Assembly (NCBI GenBank): GCA_043787975.1
Contig: JAYVUK010000016.1
Coordinates: forward strand, 351 to 64,350
DNA from: Bacteroidota bacterium
GTDB lineage: Bacteria > Bacteroidota > Bacteroidia > AKYH767-A > 2013-40CM-41-45
Direction: 5' to 3'
DNA: 64,000 bases
Shown here: positions 61,201-64,000 of the stretch, in pieces
Layout: each line of letters opens with the position of its first letter
Numbering within the stretch: position 1 is the stretch's first letter
Program-made: the position numbers and the translations under genes
Notes under the pieces: generated by a model
The model's input: the letters and a program-made list of their open reading frames with translations, nothing else
Database searches by the model: none
What the model was told of the DNA's origin: nothing

Positions 61201-62104
61201 TATCTGAACCCGGAGCAGCAGTAAATGAAACTCCAATAATAGAAGGTGAAATAGCAGTCAACACCAAAGCCGAAACAGGATTAGTTGGGGCACCACAAGG
61301 AGCAACAATAGAAACCTGACCTCTTGCACCGGCGCCGCCGGTAGGAGTAGTTGAACTTACCCAACCCTGACCACCAGAACCACCACCACCCGGAGCAATA
61401 CCCGGTTGACCAGCAGCATCAAGACCTAAACCACAAGAAGCGGTAACTCCGCCATTACCTCCAGGAAAAGCACCACTTCCACCAGTACCTATTGTTCCGG
61501 GACAAGCAATATTAGGAGTTGTTCCATTTGCAGCAGAACCTGCTGCTCCTCCACCTTTACCACTTACACCAGCAGAAGTAGTACCCGTAGTTATACCTGC
61601 ACTACCCGCACCACCTGAAAATAAAGTTGTTCCAACAGTACCGGCACCAGCTGCGCCTCCTGCAACTGTTCCACAAGCACTGCCACCTAAACCAGCACCT
61701 CCACCTGTCGCAGTTAATGTTCCGGCAGGACCCGTAAATGTTGTAGTACCTCCAGCACCTCCATTTCCAAGAACCGCTCCAGCAGTACCACCGGCACCAA
61801 TTGTCACTGTATATGTTTCACCGGGAATAACAGTAAACGTACTGGAAGCAAGACCTCCACCGCCACCGCCGCTACCCTCACCCTGAGCAGAGCAAGAAGG
61901 AGAGCCACCACCAGCACCACCACCTCCACCCCAGGCGTAAACGGTAATAGAGGTTACACCAGCAGGCACTGTATAAACGCCGGATGTAGTAAACGTTAAT
62001 TGAGCAAACGAACTCGTGGTCCAAAGTCCTGTTACGAACAAAAGACAAATCAACAGGCGACTGAACCTTGTTGATGCTCCCATAGTGTAATTGTTGTTTT
62101 TCAT
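52262..62104 (-). CDS. Giant (~3280 aa) secreted surface protein: N-terminal glycine-rich domain, many Ig-like/PKD/SprB-type repeat domains, a ~110-aa domain shared with the 6878-7447 protein, and a C-terminal dockerin-like repeat pair; no T9SS CTD
   Basis: Start chosen at MKNNNYTMGASTRFSRLLICLLFVTGLWTTSSFAQ (signal peptide). The ORF track extends it to 62203. N-terminus VYTVPAGVTSITVYAWGGGGGAGGGS...GETYTVTIGAGGTAGA is of Gly-rich-domain type. Repeated TTTYTVTGT.../GCTSTASITV Ig-like modules. Ends ...NPTDLNGDGNTALDDFSIWDANNANFVFSAHPIF. Confidence 0.85.
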   Translation of the reverse strand: MKNNNYTMGASTRFSRLLICLLFVTGLWTTSSFAQLTFTTSGVYTVPAGVTSITVYAWGGGGGAGGGSPSCSAQGEGSGGGGGGLASSTFTVIPGETYTVTIGAGGTAGAVLGNGGAGGTTTFTGPAGTLTATGGGAGLGGSACGTVAGGAAGAGTVGTTLFSGGAGSAGITTGTTSAGVSGKGGGAAGSAANGTTPNIACPGTIGTGGSGAFPGGNGGVTASCGLGLDAAGQPGIAPGGGGSGGQGWVSSTTPTGGAGARGQVSIVAPCGAPTNPVSALVLTAISPSIIGVSFTAAPGSDSYLTVRYATGAAHNTPVNGTSYSIGGNIGGDGGTVVSTGAATSFNATGLTLSTTYDFYVYSMNSLCSGGPLYFGTFVSGTQTTPAFVSSIALGGLWSSPATWGGAVPAITDNVVISAGSTVTVDQVANVTNLTVSGQLQWNATNTNTLSMSGNVLINAGGKFLPYTTALAGPTVNVAGNFTNNGYVNYAIGFLTFNGTASTLDGTGTFEGDGTRGIIKGFTSFSGNNVINTSTPLTISQQETQTAGSLNTNGLLKFDNTALIFGRPLNIMVANVVVTNMGGGYTVAPIPSCAGSALWVPSVSLAIGNVRTTTTDIYVCSTAGTSGTSAPTHTSGTATATGGTAVFLWVGPAGTIGNPYITTALTVGTQYFYGGNLYTAVLTTAQGIAPPTHVSGVVGSFRYVGTPAQISVNWDAATSTVRSANLLNAGTGYASSTGPAIVIVPNATGSAAAATAVVPYSVAGFSMMLIQKSGEGTVTGGLTINSDQGVNALSADPQNSSGVGALFTTGGGNNYSIAPQVGFSPPTALNLVTNTGSGYTTAPTITVTGGTQPAGATALLSTDFTITVNSGKIVSVYVATTVTKTYITPPTLAFSSGTATLAFPANCFPAATPVIGATGQILSFNITNSGYGYVVAPSCAFGIGSGTLTGGTYTTIATNPSVRIAGYELILNFFAPATTSPAQLDDAYIPASRKMHALFLNGNGNGLILNGNLTLIGSATATNTPPAFGTFPPPPLVLFGSLNTPGNVLDLGGNNLKFSWNGYAGQASTFGASNAFIKNGSMTVIGRGGASTFSFPFSGTFGWFAGSTPTAVTTGSTTTTVTVSDAAAPTGTVSPSGTPIGNRSFRAVANAGSFGASVFGLNPTITMNFNSSDGLASDNDKLFACNGTATTGPWTVRSTAAAAGALVTPGSRTTATVAPGPIAPTGDDYYAWATTGFTPLTPLSFSVAKSNAVNFNSIMPVVQGGDGTGLVYSGIASSDDGVSNVVTIPSSTFQYQGVTVTGFRACTNGYVILQNFFASPTYSTWLNQIGSGTLNNCLAAFWDDLTTNPNTTAQIPSAMRYYISSDPIGSRKITAEWWKMTAFGNLGPELYFQIVLDETDNSIAYNYGNMQLYNGTVNLRYSYSCGLNGAVISAAPKKGEVFAQQFENKNAFDTIATAAANVGVNSLAISPDPHSRIKFTPGVYGGYSIPVPTAPDNDESFNPIPLPALTAFPTNIAWNNTTNSSNFFTTRYATPSVDVSTCDALPNSKDVWFSFVANDPSMQVKIYASGGYIPKLQILDASYLPLSTPQCQLGTIGLTVVANMSGLSPGATYYARVYHNQTGTTATATAILTGTSVSGFTITNPGSNYTVGGTLGVASSSRVTFSGGGGSNASAYINIGAGAVTSITLGAGGNNYTSAPTVSIESPDWGPTGEFGIIVFAKAANDECATAIRLTNLTNSTCVPGTVTAGVCSQNAINGVVTSAATASAEVSCNGIADDDVWYSFDAINTSASITVTGNGGYNPVFEVWDAGVSPGNCGTKTSILCRNLTGAGATESAIVGGLVVGNRYFVRVYDAAAGSGGIGSTFDICINAAVPPCIPAPTTPATGSTVCTGPVTLSWPAAFSATSYDVYFSAGGPPAATLISSAQAGLTFTTGALTSGTYSWRIEPRNTFGASSGCTNFTFSVVAPDVITVSPVPAAARYCVSGSVQLTASGSGNYTWAPALGLDATTGSPVNASPSATTTYTVTGYTTLGCNATASQTITVDAIPTAPTVTGYNQCLGGSTTAQNLTASCLSGVLSGSITIPLTNPSSDEGLCPGINTIATFTLPATPPGVTVIGAHLIINGITQVVTGTFGSEIRLAFNGSGIIGTSPCFQGSTLTTWTGGTTWITGGGGTAADSITLVNLLNPAGGSVNITYSESFNDNTGGPDAAFPATATLQYYFTAPVSTVAWYDASVGGTQVATGSPYNPGINSPAGTYPFYARCVSGTCQSASTQANLIVGAPLVVTPTPVPSGTVCPGSSVTITAGVAGGGLPYSYSWSTGATTTSITVNPLVTTPYTVTVSDGCGNTTTATATINVFPGTAVSVTQSGQICNGIGSIQLTGSGADTYAWTPALGLSSTSISNPVATPVATTTYTVTGTTTATGCTSTASITVISGLSSNVTATATNLSVCAGSTTTLGASVQTNVSYSGSFTTLVTPTLAQCQAWDAFCTALVPASYQSVTISGTFDAIGRTATTPANAQTLANALHNHVTTSVTDGAFVWMVGNTCGSLNGACQGSLPMELSADGTTCTCTTPGYNIRPAIGVNNWGGVNTASCGGPSQTINVTFAVPSGANLYSWSPAAGLSNSTIANPVATVNTTTTYTVTVTNAQGCTSTSSITITVGAPLTVTSTVNNPTICFGSTISLNGTATGGGAPYTSYTWTDGIGGPVVGTGVPLVISPPVGLHNYYLVVTDNCSPQATATSAPGLSVTVNPAPTVTITADESLPLLLCGSGSVHLHGHGATDYVWSPGTGLNTSTVADVIATPITTTTYTVSGTTSGCSSTASITVTYSPAVLLDGVTATPQTGCAPLTSQLQGTFHSNANPAYCLPSYASFDGTDFTDTVKIKDATGATVLWSYNTLFTPLPGYNDQTALPTITLTAGTTYQIYLHDNPGFTENVAVFMDYNTNGTLTDALETILPSTAVPSGGNVTVTFTVPPGAYNGPVRLRTALRFSTAASACNVGGFGVTNDFTMTIAGGVNNPAFVFTYAWSPASNLSSTSIANPVATGLTAGPHVYTVIATNGAGCTATGSVTITPTPCGGGAVVNVKAYFEGYYHSDWGRMDSTLFDLSIPGATNLMCDTVIVELHAATGAPGSGIPALIDSYKAVIGTNGQVTGSCSVAAIGTPYYIAVRHRSAIWTWSTNPVTLAAITNYDFTTAQNQAYQDNQILYGTKWCFYMGDINQDENVALDDFSIWDLDNSNFAFGYNPTDLNGDGNTALDDFSIWDANNANFVFSAHPIF

Positions 62105-62549
62105 GTTGGTTGAATTTAAGTTATTGTTTCTATTGTTTGTTTTTATTTTATTTGGCAGGGTATATAAAAGAAAAATGCATCGCCGCACAAAGTGCCACAA
62201 CACATTTTAAAGAAGACAAAGCCGTTAAATAATCAGTGTAAAATTTCACGCAAGTTATACTGTTTAAGTTAAGCTACTTTTTATTTTTATCGGGAATTCC
62301 CTTTTGTTGATACTAAAGAGAATGTAAATATGAATGTAATTTTTAATAAATCCAAATTTTTTTTTCAACAATTCACCCGCATCTGTTAAACACTTTCACA
62401 AAACCTTCATTGAATTGCGGGATAATGATAGAAAGAAACATTTGTCTTCGCAAATTATTTCTATACTTTTTCTTAACATTTTGGTGAACGAGATGATTTC
62501 TATGGTGAACAGAACTTGATTGCATGTTTACCGTTGTTGTTTATGTATA

Positions 62550-64000
62550 TCAAAAGCCGATGTTCGCGCCTACACTAATTGTTGTTCTTTTTCCCCTGAA
62601 GTAAGGTTGCGTATACGTATTCACATCCACTCCGTGATGATCGGAGATAATAACTCCTGCATTGATGTAACAATCGTTGATCAACTGATACTGCGCTTTC
62701 ACGCTAAGCTCTTTCGCTTCCCAATACACATATTGGATAAACGGATCTCCCTTGCCACTGCCGGAACCGGGAATGGTTGTATAGGGATATTCGTATCCTT
62801 TTTGTGCAATGCTCCAGGAAATTTCTGTGGTTAATTTAGCCAATGGTTTATACCCGGCACTGAAAAAAATTTCCTGTGCATTATCACCGAGGTAATGACC
62901 CAGGTTGTAAAGGTTGGATGAAAACGCTGATGTGCTTACATAATGACGATACGTGATAGGGTTGGTGCGTGTGTATTCGGCTGTTAGAAATAAATTATCA
63001 ACCATGAAGTTACTCAACCTCCCTCCTATTTTTCCACTGATAAAATTCGATTGCGTTTTTGAATCGAACAGGTTGCCGAACGAAATTTCATCAATGAAAA
63101 AAGACGTGTAGAGATGTATGTTTTTCAGTTGTCTTGAACTGATGTTAAAAAACATCTGTGAATTTTCTCCCAACCAATTGCTGCCTGCTCCGCTGAGTGT
63201 ATGATCGACCGATTTATAAAAGAAGAATGGAACGAGGTAGGCAGGTTGTACCGCTTTATCACTATAGATAATCGAGTTCCCGATGGAAACATCGAAGTGT
63301 TTCCACGGAGTTAACGTAAGCATGTTTGCCGCGAGGTATTTTGGATGAAATACCAGCCGGTAACCGGGATAATTAAAGTAACTGTTTGAACTGTCAATCA
63401 CCTGTGATACCAGCCAACCGTGCACATAATTAAAATCAAGCCAGCTCACAGGATGTAAATGCAACCGAAGCTGCGTGAACGAAGGCGCATGTCCAGAAAA
63501 AATATTAGCGCCGTGTTCATTGTCGCCCCATACAAAATGATCCTTGATAAGGCCCACACTTCCCCAACTCCAGGCATACGTCAATCCACCGCGCATCTCA
63601 CTGTAATCGCCTTGCAGGGTTACACCATCAACTTTGTAATCCGCTCCGGGAAATTGATTGAGATACGACGGAGATGCGAGACGTTTGTTCTCGTGGTTAT
63701 CGCGAAGGCTTGCATAGAAGCCGAAATTTTTCCCGATGTAGGCAAACATTTCCGCACCATTCCAGCGATGATACATGGCATGAATGGTATCATTCGAAAA
63801 CACATTCACGCCAAGAATGGGATTGAATGAAAGTGTAAACAGGGAATCCTTGTAATAGAAAAGATCACGGCGCTTCTTAAAATTTTTATCCGGCTTTAAT
63901 TCTTTGTTGTAATCTTCTAGGTAAAACTCAACTTCCTTTTTCTGGCGATCGTTCAGCAATTCTTTTTTTGATTCGGCTTCATGGAGCTTTTCCGCAATCA
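62550..64000 (-). CDS. Outer-membrane beta-barrel protein (Wzi-like or similar), N-terminus beyond the window end
   Basis: The frame stays open to the window edge upstream of MLNDRQKK. Rich in aromatic/Gly beta-strand pattern. C-terminal ...TISVGANIGF ends in Phe. It lies directly upstream of the giant gene on the same strand. Confidence 0.6.
   Translation of the reverse strand, partial: IAEKLHEAESKKELLNDRQKKEVEFYLEDYNKELKPDKNFKKRRDLFYYKDSLFTLSFNPILGVNVFSNDTIHAMYHRWNGAEMFAYIGKNFGFYASLRDNHENKRLASPSYLNQFPGADYKVDGVTLQGDYSEMRGGLTYAWSWGSVGLIKDHFVWGDNEHGANIFSGHAPSFTQLRLHLHPVSWLDFNYVHGWLVSQVIDSSNSYFNYPGYRLVFHPKYLAANMLTLTPWKHFDVSIGNSIIYSDKAVQPAYLVPFFFYKSVDHTLSGAGSNWLGENSQMFFNISSRQLKNIHLYTSFFIDEISFGNLFDSKTQSNFISGKIGGRLSNFMVDNLFLTAEYTRTNPITYRHYVSTSAFSSNLYNLGHYLGDNAQEIFFSAGYKPLAKLTTEISWSIAQKGYEYPYTTIPGSGSGKGDPFIQYVYWEAKELSVKAQYQLINDCYINAGVIISDHHGVDVNTYTQPYFRGKRTTISVGANIGF

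Overview
This looks like a chromosomal segment from a Bacteroidota genome, probably Chitinophagia, Cytophagia or Sphingobacteriia-like, at roughly 42-45% GC. That placement rests on three things I can see in the translations: many proteins ending in type-A T9SS C-terminal sorting domains, SprB-type repeats, and a PorV-like plus PorU-like gene pair. I read 36 protein-coding genes and found no rRNA, tRNA, CRISPR array or intact mobile element.

Main content, in order along the window:
- 1-10 kb: mostly secreted surface proteins. Two are tail-fibre-like; one has Hep_Hag-like repeats and a C-terminal peptidase-S74 intramolecular-chaperone domain, and the other is cut off at the window start.
- 10-16.7 kb: a beta-propeller/Y_Y_Y sensor histidine kinase with a LuxR-type response regulator, flanked by two BNR/Asp-box repeat proteins.
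- 18.6-20.6 kb: a BI-1/YccA-family membrane protein and the folE-queD pair.
- 20.7-28.8 kb: eight consecutive plus-strand nucleotide-sugar genes (UDP-xylose synthase, WbpD-like acetyltransferase, WbpB-like oxidoreductase, WbpA/TviB-like dehydrogenase, galE, rfbB, a TviC/WbpP-like epimerase, a CpsB-type phosphatase). Almost every intergenic spacer in this run carries a hexamer or heptamer repeat array that can fold into a hairpin.
- 28.8-31.6 kb: a convergent minus-strand operon of a flippase-like membrane protein, a processive GT2 synthase and a small Cys/His/Met-rich membrane protein.
- 31.6-47.5 kb: ruvC, a HIT-family gene, greA, the PorV-like and PorU-like genes behind a 1247-aa TonB-dependent-like outer-membrane barrel, smc, and a thioredoxin-fold protein.
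- 47.7-64 kb: a minus-strand adhesin cluster. Reading in transcription order, it holds a partial outer-membrane beta-barrel, a 3280-aa glycine-rich giant protein that ends in a dockerin-like calcium-binding repeat pair instead of a T9SS sorting domain, a 111-aa protein that is a near-copy of that dockerin tail, and a 1336-aa SprB-like protein with a tandem array of about seven 156-bp cysteine repeats.

The things I would look at first:
- The split-module relationship in the adhesin cluster. The giant protein's last two modules, a roughly 110-aa domain and the dockerin-like tail, also exist as separate small genes in this window.
- The hairpin repeats punctuating the sugar-nucleotide gene run.
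- The GT2/flippase-like/Cys-rich-protein operon.
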